A stretch of 59,138 nucleotides of DNA from a virus (taxonomy: Duplodnaviria > Caudoviricetes). The DNA lies in the IMG/VR virus record IMGVR_UViG_3300006120_000023, positions 1 through 59,138 of that record; one strand, 5' to 3'. Below the pieces are notes generated by a model that was not told where the DNA came from, searched no databases, and saw only the letters and a program-made list of their open reading frames with translations. Numbering within the stretch: the stretch's first letter is position 1; each line of letters opens with the position of its first letter. Both the position numbers and the translations under genes were made by a program. This document shows, piece by piece, positions 35,376 through 44,777 of this stretch.

Positions 35376-38300
35376 TTAGCGGTATGTGACTACCGGTTTG
35401 AGATCTGCCAGAGCTTTCTTCAGATTGTCCAGTTCCGGCAGAGCTCTTTGGAGAGGCCATGCTAGGCTGGTAGATTTTAGGATCCCCGGGTGCGTGGTGA
35501 GCCCCTTGATGTGATAAATGTCCTTCAAGAATCCGATCGGTTTGCCGGCAACGCTCCAAGGATAGGAATAATGGGTGTTGTCCTGAAGAGGACGTGTACC
35601 CTTCTTGACCTCAAACAATCCGACGACGGTATCGTTGGGGAGGTCAAAAATCCAATCTGTCGAGAGGTCACGGGCTATGTCGTGGGGAAGAAGCCCCAGA
35701 CCCTGCAGCTCCTTTGCGCTGATCGGCAGGCTTGCCCTCTGCATCTGTTTAAGGAAGGGCTCCATGTCACCAAAGTTGAGCTTTTTGCCGCGGACAGCGT
35801 CAGCAAATTTGCCAAACGAGGTGATTTGCTTCCACTTAGAGCGAATGCCTTCGTCCATTTTTTTATCTTTGCTGGCAACGATAGAGGCAGACATTTCCTT
35901 GATCTGGGCGTCAAGCTGTTTCTGGGTCAAATGCTTGGTGTCCCGGGCCTGCTCCATAGCCTCTACGTATCCGAGCTGACCCGTGGGGTTCCTCAGGTGG
36001 TTGATAGGGCTCTGCAAAGTCACGGCGACCAGAACGCTGTCGGTACCATGCTTTTCGGCCAGCTTGTCTACGCGGTTGGCAAAGGTGGAGGCAGGGCCCT
36101 CGTTGGAAAAGGCCCATACGCCGTGATTCAGGAGGGTCATGTGCTCAGGCCCGCCCTGTGCCTCAACGCTTAGCTTTTTCTTGTCGCCGGTCGGCCCGAC
36201 ATACTTGGTGCCAATGCCCATGCGATCGGCGGGCAAAGCAAACATAGGTGTGTCCTCGTAGTCCTCAAGGTTAATGCGTTGCGAGGCGGGAAGGAAATTG
36301 ACAAGGATTTTGGGTTTGGCGACGAAATCGGCTTCGGGGTTGTTGACAATCACATGGCCCTGAAGATCTACACGAGGCTGCTCTTCCTTGGTCTTGGTTG
36401 GCACAATCGTCGAGTCGATCACGTAGGGGAACTCCTTGCCGTTCTCATCCTCGAGCATCACGGCGTTCATGCCGTGCAGGTCCTTGATCTTGATACCGAG
36501 GTCGTCGTTGACGTATTCCATCGGCAGGGTGCGGCGGAACCCGATTTCCTTCATCAGGGCATCGGTCTCAGGGACCGTCAGGCCGCGCTTGATCTTCAGG
36601 AACGGCTGCGAAACCTCGGAGTAAAGGCCGGCGGGCCACTTGTTGCCGTCAATGTCCACGCCACCGCTGCCCTCGACGTTCTGGAACCCGCGGAAGGTCA
36701 GGGCAGCCTTGGGGAATAGGGTATTGTGGATCTGCAGCGAGTCAAAATAGTCCGCCCACGTTGGGTAGTACGGGTTCGGGGTGCGCTTGACAACATCAGG
36801 CCCGGGAGGGAAGGAGACTTGGTGCTCACCGCCGGCTTCGCTTCCATCGTTTTGCCACTGCCGGAAGAACTCGTCGGGGTCCCTCATCATGCCGTTCTCT
36901 TCCGCATGCTTGCGGAGAGCGGCCTCTTCTACCTCTTTCCGAGGAGCTGTTCCCGAGGCTCCCTGTACACCTTCTGCACCTGAGCTTTGCGCTCCTCTGG
37001 CGACAGACGCGAGCCCGCCGAGAAGTCGATTCCGGTCGTCTTCGCTTTGGCCTCCAGCTTGGAGCCCAGCGCCTTGAGCTTGGGTGTAACTTTCAGGTTG
37101 TCGTTCATCAGTGGGGATAGTCTCCTCGGTTTCGGTTACCCCGTCAACGCCTTTTTTGGCGGGTAGGTAACGAACGTCCGGAGACTCCGGGTTAAACCGC
37201 TGGGAAAGAGGGATCAGATTGCCTTGGTCGTCGTAGGTTGCAGGGTCTGCTGATTTTATTTGTTCAGGTTCAAACGCAATGACATGGTATGTGTCATCAC
37301 CTACTCCCTTCATCTTAAACCTTTTAACAGTTTTATCAATTACGCCATCAAATCCTGCATTCTGGAGTGCTTGCCTAATAATTTCAGATGACGCAAGGTT
37401 TTCTTCATTATCAGTAGCGTAATTTATGCCTGTTTCTCTGCCTTTTAGGAAATTAATGGCATCTGATAGATTGATACTCTCATAGTTGGCTTGTTCCATC
37501 AACATGGCTGCTGCTTTGTCGGCATCAGCATCTTCAAAATTTTGAGATGCTTCTTTTAAGCCATCAATAAAATCAATTAGCGTTCCCGTAGGCTCTTCAT
37601 CTAATGGTTCACCCTCCTCGTCATAGGGATGCTCCATTTCCAGACGGGTTTCAGCTTTTCCACCTAGAATTGCTGGATTTTTAAGATGGACATAGGTTTT
37701 AAGCATTTTCTGCTCACCGCCACTTAATTCTTTTCTGGCTATTTCTTTTGCTGCTGCCGCTTTTTCTGCATCAGAAGCATAACCAACTGAATCTTCAATA
37801 ATACTTTCGTCTGCCCCATGCTGTTTCAGGAAATCACGCAGGGATGAAACTGTTTTTATATCATAAATATCGTTTTCAATCTGCTCTTTCCTTCTTTCAA
37901 TTCTATTCGTCAGATCTGGCCCCTCACCTGCATAGTTGGCTTGTGCATCTTCAGGAGATGATGAAAAGTAGAATCCAGCACCAAGATCATTTTCTATGTT
38001 TGCGCGGTCTTTCTTAAATACGGTGAAGTTATGAGTTGTTCCATGATGAAGCAGGTTTGTTGAATACCCAGCCTTCTTTGCCGCCTCGTCAACCAGCCGC
38101 TGCGCCTCTTCGGTGTTGCCTGACTCGATAGCCTTAGCGTGTGCCTCGTCCATCTTTTTGGCGGGTAAATACTGGATACCAAACTCCTTCGACTTCTTTG
38201 GTGTCTTGAAGATCTCACGACCCTGCTGCACCTCGGTAAGCTTGGTCTTCTTGAACATTGCGATTGCATCGAAGGCACCGTTGTACGATTTCGGGCTAAA

Positions 38301-41300
38301 GTAGCCCGCGTACCCGGCGTCCTCGATCATGTTGTCCATTTTCTCCCGGTTCATCATGCCGGCGACACCGAGCGGATCCTTGCTCAGGTCGTAGATGCTG
38401 TTTCCGTCAACCTTGGCAACATACGGCATGCGACCCTTCATCAGGCCCTCGTAGTTGCGGTCGTTGTTCAAATAGAAATAGGTCTTCGGGGCACCGCGGA
38501 GATCCATCGGGGTCGCGGCACCTTTGCCGAACTTCTTGGGGTCGGCAACTTTGAGCCCGGAGGCGCCAAAGTGGACTAGATCGAGCTCGCCACCGACGCT
38601 GCCTTCCTTCTCTTCGGAGGAGTGCTGGACGGTGAGCTTTTTGGCGGGGAGATAGCTGATGAAGGGAGAGACTTTGCTTTCGGCAGCGTTTCCATATTCG
38701 GCACGAGGTCCGAACTCTGTCTCGAAGAGTTTGTTACGCACCTTCAAGGCATTCTCACTAACGGGGGACCCGAGCAGAACATCCGCCCCTTCTTCTTGTG
38801 CATATTTTGCGATTTCTCGGTACAAGGCTTCCCCGTAGCCTTTACCCCGCAGCCCTTCTGAGACGATAGTGTGAACGATCTCAAGAGCGTTCCCATATTC
38901 GTGGAGTTTTACCTCCGCCGATCCGATATTTTTACCCTTATCGTCGAACAGGTAAATGTGGTGCGTTCCGAACTCACTATTGTCCGAAGAGGTAACGCTA
39001 TACTTTGGCAACCTAGCCTTCATCTTGTCGAGCTCTTCCTGAGTCGGCACTGGCTTGGTCTCGCCTTTGGCAGGCAAAAAGCTCACGTTTGCCCGGTCTC
39101 CGTACACGGGATTCTTTACAAAAACTGTGTTGCCGACACTCACGGCTTCGTCGCCTCCAGTAACAGGCTCGTCGGTCGCCTTGTCGTAAAAATAGGAATG
39201 CTCCTTGGGGTCAAACCCTACCGGGGTCCAGTCGTTAATATCCTTGGGGATCTCTCGGGAGGGATTGAAGTCTCCGGTGACCGTTGCGATTGGGAATTTC
39301 TTGCTTTCCCCACGATAGATCTTACCCGCCCCGGTCTCGTTGGAAACGAACGTCGGATTGTCAACGCGGGCCACGGTGTCGTAGCCAATAACCTCACCGA
39401 CTTTGCTAGGCGTCCCCTTTTCGTGGACGGTGACAACGTAGTTGCCGGTGCGGTTAAATGCTGGGATGTCAATACGGAGGGCCACCGGATAACCTTTTTT
39501 GAGGCCCCGGGCTGCCCCAAACTTGGGCTGTTTGCTGGAATCAAGAGCTGCCTTGGCTTCTTCTTCCTTAGGCTGATTGAGGAATTTTTCGTTTTCCCCA
39601 ATCTCGCGGGTAATCTTGGCAGGCAAGAAACTTGGTCCCTGCTTGGTCCCAGCTTGGGCCTCTTTCTCGGCTGCGTCAATGAACTCCTGAGGCAGTGCGA
39701 TGTTTTTCTGCTCAGCAAACGGACGCTCGGTGACAGGCACGTAGCCTTTCTCGCCCTTCTTGGCGATGTTGCCCTCCTCATCCCGAAGATGTGGTCCGTA
39801 GTTGACCCAGCTATTTTGGGCCAACGTCTCCGCGGCCAGTGCAGGTTTGGCAGCGTCAGAGAACATGCGGCTGTGCTCCAGATAGGCGTTGAACTCACCC
39901 TTCGGACCAAACTCGTACCCATGTGCCCCGTGACCCACAATGTCGTGCACAACGCGGAACACGTCGTTGACCGGTACGTTCTCGGCACCATTGAAGTTGA
40001 CCCCAGAGTCCTGCAGCATCGGGTTTTCTGCACGCATCTTTGGCGTGATACCGGATTCCCCATACCCTTCTTTAGTCTGGAAGTAGTACAAGTGCTTATT
40101 GTCACGCACGTCCTTCATCATCTCAGCCGAATTGGAGTATGGCTGGCCTTCACCAGTCCAAGGAGTGGCGGTATACCCAGCTTTTTGGAAAGCTTTCCAC
40201 TGGTCAACAACCTCGTTGGCAAGTGCCGTGTACGCCTTCTTGACCTCGGGGTTCGTGGGTTCGTTTTTGGCCTCTTCGTAGTGGTCGGCGATGCGTTTTG
40301 CAAGCTCTTCATTGACCGGAACTGCCTGCCCGTGGGGGTTATACGGCATGCTAGCACCCTCAACATAATCCTTGGAAACCCGCTGCACGTCTTGATTTGC
40401 TGCCCTTGTAGGCTGGGCGTAGGGGGTGCGCTGGTCTGGCTGAACGTAGGTTGCTTTGGCTGCACCAAGCCCCTTCAAGATCGGATTGGGCTTCTCCTCT
40501 TCCTGAGGTCTGATAGCCGGCTGCTCTCCGTCCCGGGAGGGCAGGAAGTTCAGTTTTTGCAATTCGTAGTTGACAGGAATCGGGTGCGCCGAGCTCTCAA
40601 GCATGTCGGCCACAGCGTCCGCACGCACCGACATGATGGTGCGATTGGCGTCCTTGCCGCGGGGATCCCCCTTGCGGCGGGGGATGACGGTCCGGTCGGG
40701 GTTATTGCCACGGAACTCGTTGCTGGTGAGGTTGAGGAAATCGTTGAAGATGTCTTTCTTTTGTTTCGCAACCTTGGGGTCCGGATCGAGCCCGGTCTCA
40801 CCCTTGCGGGCAACCAGATTCTCTTCCTTCTCCCTTTCCTCGGGAGGAAGGGTCGGGTCCACCCACTGTTTGAGGTGGTTGGGCAGATAGTCGGTGATGA
40901 ACTGTTGGAAGAACGCCTCGCGGCTCCCTCCCCAAAGTGCCAAGCGACCGGAAAGTCGATCTGCCCACAGGTTCATCTTGTCAAAAATACGAGAGACCGA
41001 GATGCAGGTGATCAGGAAATTTCCTTCCTTGCTGAAGTGCATGCCGATCGGCACCAAATCGTAAATTTTCGGAGCAAACGACACCGCACGACCGCGGTCA
41101 TCTATGCGGGCAGCGTAGTCAATTATCATGCGCCGGCCCTCTCCCGACTGGAGCAGGTCGTTGAACCGCAAAATCACATCCTTGATCTTTGCCGGCACAA
41201 TCTGCTCGGGGAGAGCCCGGAGGGCAGCAATTTGCTCGGGAGTAAAGTTTCCGCGGTAGGTGAGACCGTCCTCAGACACAGGGCGGAAGCCCTCAGGCTC

Positions 41301-44300
41301 TCCCTTGTAGGCGTTGTCAAGGGCGTCGCGGATGAGCTGGGCACGGGTCTTGACAATCTGCTTGATCTCACGCTGCGATAGCATTTCCGGCGTCTCGCCG
41401 TCAGCCTTCATCACAATTTCACGGGAAACCTTGATTGTCCCGCCCTCAGGGACCTGCATTCCCGCCACCTCGGCGGGTGCGTTTCCATACCCGCTGCGCT
41501 GGTTCAGGGCGCCGTTTTCTTTGCCCCACAGCCCCTCGGAAGCCATCGGATCGGAGACCACCCCGTGGCTGACCACGTTTCCGTCCTTGTCGTAGACAGT
41601 CGCACGGAACTCGGTCTTGAACAGCCCGGAATCCTTGCCGTATTTTTCACGGAGATCTTTGCGTGCAGCGAGCTTGGCACGAGTAATCATCGGCATCACC
41701 GACTCACTGGCCGTGGGGGACGATACCATACCGTTGAGCTTGCGGAACTCACGGAGGGCATTCCGGTATGCAGCGAGCACCTCGGGGGAGAACTTGGCAC
41801 CGGTCGCCACCGATAGGGTGTTGGAATAGGGATCCTTACCCCCTGCCCCAAGGAAATCTTGGATTGCCCGGTACCCCTTGCTGTTTTGGGCTTTGAGGGA
41901 TAGCCAATCCATCATGTGCTGGCCAAAGGAGTCCAAAGAATCAAGGTTCCGGTTTGTGTACGCTTGGCTGTTGAGGTCGGCCCGGACCTCGCGCTTCATG
42001 TAGTCCGCCACCTTGCCCTCATCGAGACGATCGTGTAGCTCGTCCCAGTGGCCGCGGTTGATCGCCCACTGCTTCGGATCCTTGACCTCTTTGAGGTACT
42101 TGTTGGTGTACATCTCCACCAGAGCCTTGTTGCTGAATTGGCCGGTCCTGCCCGTGAGCGGGTCATCGAAGAGTCCCTCCTCGGCATCGGCATTCAATTC
42201 ACGCCACTCGGGGACAACATCCAGCAGGTGGCCGAACTCGTGGCGCATGGCTTCGTACAGGGACTGCCGCTTCTGGTGGGCTTCCTCCATCAGGTGGTCA
42301 ACATTTATGACCGCGGTGGGGTTCAGGGGGTCAAACACCACCTTGCTGCCGTCAGGGCGCAGGGCTGCGGGGAGATCTTTTCCGGGGATGAATCCCTGCC
42401 TGCTAATCCCGGCAGTGAAATGCCCGCCCTCTACGATCGCGTCAATCTGATCGGGGGTGAGGTTGGGATTATTTTTCTTGAGCTGTTCACGAATCTGGTC
42501 GCTGTTTAGAATCTCGATCTTGGCATTCTTTGGCCCGACCCGCATGGACCCGTTGATGTCATTGTGGAACGCGGTCAGAAGGTTCAGGAGCTGCCGCTCG
42601 TAAGCCTGCCGTGTGGCAACGTTGGCCTGAGAGACTGCGTCGAGCTGTTTCTGGGCCTGATCAAGTCGATCTGCGGAAAGTTTTGCCTGCTTCTGGTCCC
42701 CTGAACTTACTGCCGAGGCATAGGCAGCCTTTGCCACGTCCACATCGGATTGGGCCTTTGCGATCACGTTGTCGAAGGAAACAAATCCCTTGACGTGATC
42801 CACTGTCTCGGGGCTCATCTCGGACATCGTCTTGAAATTATCGACATCCTGCTGGCGGAGTTTCCGAGTTATCGTAGCGGGGTCTTGGCGCAGTATTTTG
42901 TGATACGTCTTGCCGAGGGCGGCAAACAGGAGACCGCTCTTGGCGCCCTCCATGATGTCGTCGTAGTTTTGGGAATTGAGGACTCCGGTAGCCGCCCCAA
43001 GGGCAGCCATGTTGACTCCCTCCTTGCCGTAATCCAGCAAGAGATTTCCAAGTGCATCAATCGTCCTCCCGTGCTTCTCAAACAGGTTCTGGGTGAGCTT
43101 GGATACCTCGGGGGTCTCCCCGGCAGTCTGGAACATCCCCTTCTTGCCACCCGCGGAGATTGATCGGGCAAGCGACAGCTCCTCGAGGGTGCGGGGCACC
43201 GCGGCAGCCAGCTTGATTCCTTTCAGTCCGGCAGCCTCCGTAACAATACCACCAAGGGCTCCAAGGACGGGATTCTCTTTGTCCTCGTGCGCTCCGATAA
43301 TTGCACCCGGGCTGTATTTCACGATCGGCGCACCTAGCTTGGCCAGCCGCGGATAGTTTTCCGCAAAATTGCTTGCCGCCTCCTGCAGATTGTCAATCAG
43401 GTCGGCTGTCTTTCCGGCGATCTTACCGAACCCCGAGAGCTTGCTGCGGTCTACGACTCTCTTGGCGAGCTCTGAGGCCTCCAGTGCCTGCTGGGCTTCC
43501 TTGGACATCGTCATTGCACGGAACAGCGGCTTGGCGTTCCTTGCGACGGTCAAAAGATCGCCGGCAAATCCGATCTCCCCAAAACCTCCGACGGGGTTTG
43601 TCCAAGTGCCAAACTCACGGATGTCCTTGTCCACGGAGCCCTGCTCTTTCTCAACCTGCCCGGCAACTTCTTGGGCTGCGCGGGTCACTTCCTCGTCATT
43701 CAACCCCGGAGCCGTGGAATGAATCAGGGACTTGAGCCCCTCCTGCACCCAAGGGTGAAACACCATCTGGCCGTAGACCGTAGGGTGTGCGCGGTTAAGG
43801 GTTGCGTTGGCGGTGTCTACAAGTTCACGGGCCTGCCACCTACGGAAGCGATCCTCGTCAGTCGTCCCGGTGAGGGCGCTTGCTTTTTTGAGAGCCCAGT
43901 CCGTGACCCCCAGTCCGCCAGCGGCCATCTTTTCACCAGTCCACGCCAGAGCCCCCGGGAGCTCGAGAGTTGGGGCGATATAGGAACGGATTGCGACCTC
44001 GGGGGCAACTGGGGCTCCGGTGGCTGCGGCGGATTGCCTCCCGGCTTCAATCGCATCCGTGTACGAGGCACCATTCAGCTTGGCCTTCAGCGCCCCGTGG
44101 ATAAAGTTCCCCGCGGCCTCGGACCTATCTTGAGACGCCTCGAGAGCGAGCCGGTTGGCTTCCTCTTGCGGGGTGCCGGCACCTGCGGCAAATAATTTGC
44201 TTGCCGCTAGGTTGGACAACGTCCGGACAGGGCTAGACCAGACCGAGAGTGCGTCATTGAATTTCAGGGCTCCCTTGGTAAAATTTTTCGCAGTCTCCGC

Positions 44301-44777
44301 AAGACCTTCAGAAACACTTGGGTGCTTTAGTTCACCGGCCTCGTCGGCTTCCCAGACCTTCCTCTGCTGGTCGGTGGGCATTGCATAGTCCGGACGGAGC
44401 TGCTTCAGCTCATAGAGGTCTTGGGGCTCCCAAGTGCCCATCAGCTTCTGATGGCCGGGGTCAAGCTGGTTGATGTCTTTATTTTGATACTCCGCGGCAA
44501 GCTGCTGCGCTTTTGAATAGTCCGGAACTTCTACTCGGGACTTTGCGTAGATTTCGTTTTGCTGCGTCTGCTGCTCAGGGGGAAGGAACTGCACGTTGCT
44601 GCCTTCCAAGGCAACCGATTGATACAGCTGTTCGGGCGTCAAGAACGGCGTGGCCTTTGGCGTGGCGTCCGGAAGCTTTTTTGAGGATTCCACCTCAGCA
44701 TTGTCCTCATGCAGCTTGACAAGCTGATCAGGAGGTAAAAATGTCTGGGGCTTTGTTGTATCAGCGTTGTCCGACAT
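35376..44777 (-). CDS. giant polyvalent internal virion (ejection) protein, 3133 aa
   Basis: Last of the ejection-protein block. Contains HEFGH zincin, VHDIVGH metallo-domain, GNAT (LRGKGYGEALY), two ART-like modules (HHGT...GFYFS...GFDGV) and a kinase-like module (GGEH..VVK..DLHGMN..VID). Confidence 0.85.
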   Translation of the reverse strand: MSDNADTTKPQTFLPPDQLVKLHEDNAEVESSKKLPDATPKATPFLTPEQLYQSVALEGSNVQFLPPEQQTQQNEIYAKSRVEVPDYSKAQQLAAEYQNKDINQLDPGHQKLMGTWEPQDLYELKQLRPDYAMPTDQQRKVWEADEAGELKHPSVSEGLAETAKNFTKGALKFNDALSVWSSPVRTLSNLAASKLFAAGAGTPQEEANRLALEASQDRSEAAGNFIHGALKAKLNGASYTDAIEAGRQSAAATGAPVAPEVAIRSYIAPTLELPGALAWTGEKMAAGGLGVTDWALKKASALTGTTDEDRFRRWQARELVDTANATLNRAHPTVYGQMVFHPWVQEGLKSLIHSTAPGLNDEEVTRAAQEVAGQVEKEQGSVDKDIREFGTWTNPVGGFGEIGFAGDLLTVARNAKPLFRAMTMSKEAQQALEASELAKRVVDRSKLSGFGKIAGKTADLIDNLQEAASNFAENYPRLAKLGAPIVKYSPGAIIGAHEDKENPVLGALGGIVTEAAGLKGIKLAAAVPRTLEELSLARSISAGGKKGMFQTAGETPEVSKLTQNLFEKHGRTIDALGNLLLDYGKEGVNMAALGAATGVLNSQNYDDIMEGAKSGLLFAALGKTYHKILRQDPATITRKLRQQDVDNFKTMSEMSPETVDHVKGFVSFDNVIAKAQSDVDVAKAAYASAVSSGDQKQAKLSADRLDQAQKQLDAVSQANVATRQAYERQLLNLLTAFHNDINGSMRVGPKNAKIEILNSDQIREQLKKNNPNLTPDQIDAIVEGGHFTAGISRQGFIPGKDLPAALRPDGSKVVFDPLNPTAVINVDHLMEEAHQKRQSLYEAMRHEFGHLLDVVPEWRELNADAEEGLFDDPLTGRTGQFSNKALVEMYTNKYLKEVKDPKQWAINRGHWDELHDRLDEGKVADYMKREVRADLNSQAYTNRNLDSLDSFGQHMMDWLSLKAQNSKGYRAIQDFLGAGGKDPYSNTLSVATGAKFSPEVLAAYRNALREFRKLNGMVSSPTASESVMPMITRAKLAARKDLREKYGKDSGLFKTEFRATVYDKDGNVVSHGVVSDPMASEGLWGKENGALNQRSGYGNAPAEVAGMQVPEGGTIKVSREIVMKADGETPEMLSQREIKQIVKTRAQLIRDALDNAYKGEPEGFRPVSEDGLTYRGNFTPEQIAALRALPEQIVPAKIKDVILRFNDLLQSGEGRRMIIDYAARIDDRGRAVSFAPKIYDLVPIGMHFSKEGNFLITCISVSRIFDKMNLWADRLSGRLALWGGSREAFFQQFITDYLPNHLKQWVDPTLPPEEREKEENLVARKGETGLDPDPKVAKQKKDIFNDFLNLTSNEFRGNNPDRTVIPRRKGDPRGKDANRTIMSVRADAVADMLESSAHPIPVNYELQKLNFLPSRDGEQPAIRPQEEEKPNPILKGLGAAKATYVQPDQRTPYAQPTRAANQDVQRVSKDYVEGASMPYNPHGQAVPVNEELAKRIADHYEEAKNEPTNPEVKKAYTALANEVVDQWKAFQKAGYTATPWTGEGQPYSNSAEMMKDVRDNKHLYYFQTKEGYGESGITPKMRAENPMLQDSGVNFNGAENVPVNDVFRVVHDIVGHGAHGYEFGPKGEFNAYLEHSRMFSDAAKPALAAETLAQNSWVNYGPHLRDEEGNIAKKGEKGYVPVTERPFAEQKNIALPQEFIDAAEKEAQAGTKQGPSFLPAKITREIGENEKFLNQPKEEEAKAALDSSKQPKFGAARGLKKGYPVALRIDIPAFNRTGNYVVTVHEKGTPSKVGEVIGYDTVARVDNPTFVSNETGAGKIYRGESKKFPIATVTGDFNPSREIPKDINDWTPVGFDPKEHSYFYDKATDEPVTGGDEAVSVGNTVFVKNPVYGDRANVSFLPAKGETKPVPTQEELDKMKARLPKYSVTSSDNSEFGTHHIYLFDDKGKNIGSAEVKLHEYGNALEIVHTIVSEGLRGKGYGEALYREIAKYAQEEGADVLLGSPVSENALKVRNKLFETEFGPRAEYGNAAESKVSPFISYLPAKKLTVQHSSEEKEGSVGGELDLVHFGASGLKVADPKKFGKGAATPMDLRGAPKTYFYLNNDRNYEGLMKGRMPYVAKVDGNSIYDLSKDPLGVAGMMNREKMDNMIEDAGYAGYFSPKSYNGAFDAIAMFKKTKLTEVQQGREIFKTPKKSKEFGIQYLPAKKMDEAHAKAIESGNTEEAQRLVDEAAKKAGYSTNLLHHGTTHNFTVFKKDRANIENDLGAGFYFSSSPEDAQANYAGEGPDLTNRIERRKEQIENDIYDIKTVSSLRDFLKQHGADESIIEDSVGYASDAEKAAAAKEIARKELSGGEQKMLKTYVHLKNPAILGGKAETRLEMEHPYDEEGEPLDEEPTGTLIDFIDGLKEASQNFEDADADKAAAMLMEQANYESINLSDAINFLKGRETGINYATDNEENLASSEIIRQALQNAGFDGVIDKTVKRFKMKGVGDDTYHVIAFEPEQIKSADPATYDDQGNLIPLSQRFNPESPDVRYLPAKKGVDGVTETEETIPTDERQPESYTQAQGAGLQAGGQSEDDRNRLLGGLASVARGAQSSGAEGVQGASGTAPRKEVEEAALRKHAEENGMMRDPDEFFRQWQNDGSEAGGEHQVSFPPGPDVVKRTPNPYYPTWADYFDSLQIHNTLFPKAALTFRGFQNVEGSGGVDIDGNKWPAGLYSEVSQPFLKIKRGLTVPETDALMKEIGFRRTLPMEYVNDDLGIKIKDLHGMNAVMLEDENGKEFPYVIDSTIVPTKTKEEQPRVDLQGHVIVNNPEADFVAKPKILVNFLPASQRINLEDYEDTPMFALPADRMGIGTKYVGPTGDKKKLSVEAQGGPEHMTLLNHGVWAFSNEGPASTFANRVDKLAEKHGTDSVLVAVTLQSPINHLRNPTGQLGYVEAMEQARDTKHLTQKQLDAQIKEMSASIVASKDKKMDEGIRSKWKQITSFGKFADAVRGKKLNFGDMEPFLKQMQRASLPISAKELQGLGLLPHDIARDLSTDWIFDLPNDTVVGLFEVKKGTRPLQDNTHYSYPWSVAGKPIGFLKDIYHIKGLTTHPGILKSTSLAWPLQRALPELDNLKKALADLKPVVTYR

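Noticed and set aside
38871-41381. 836-aa plus-strand ORF, and similar long ORFs such as 9721-11358, 5819-6841 and 25907-26773
   Set aside because: Antisense shadows of well-supported genes in GC-rich DNA, with no motifs.
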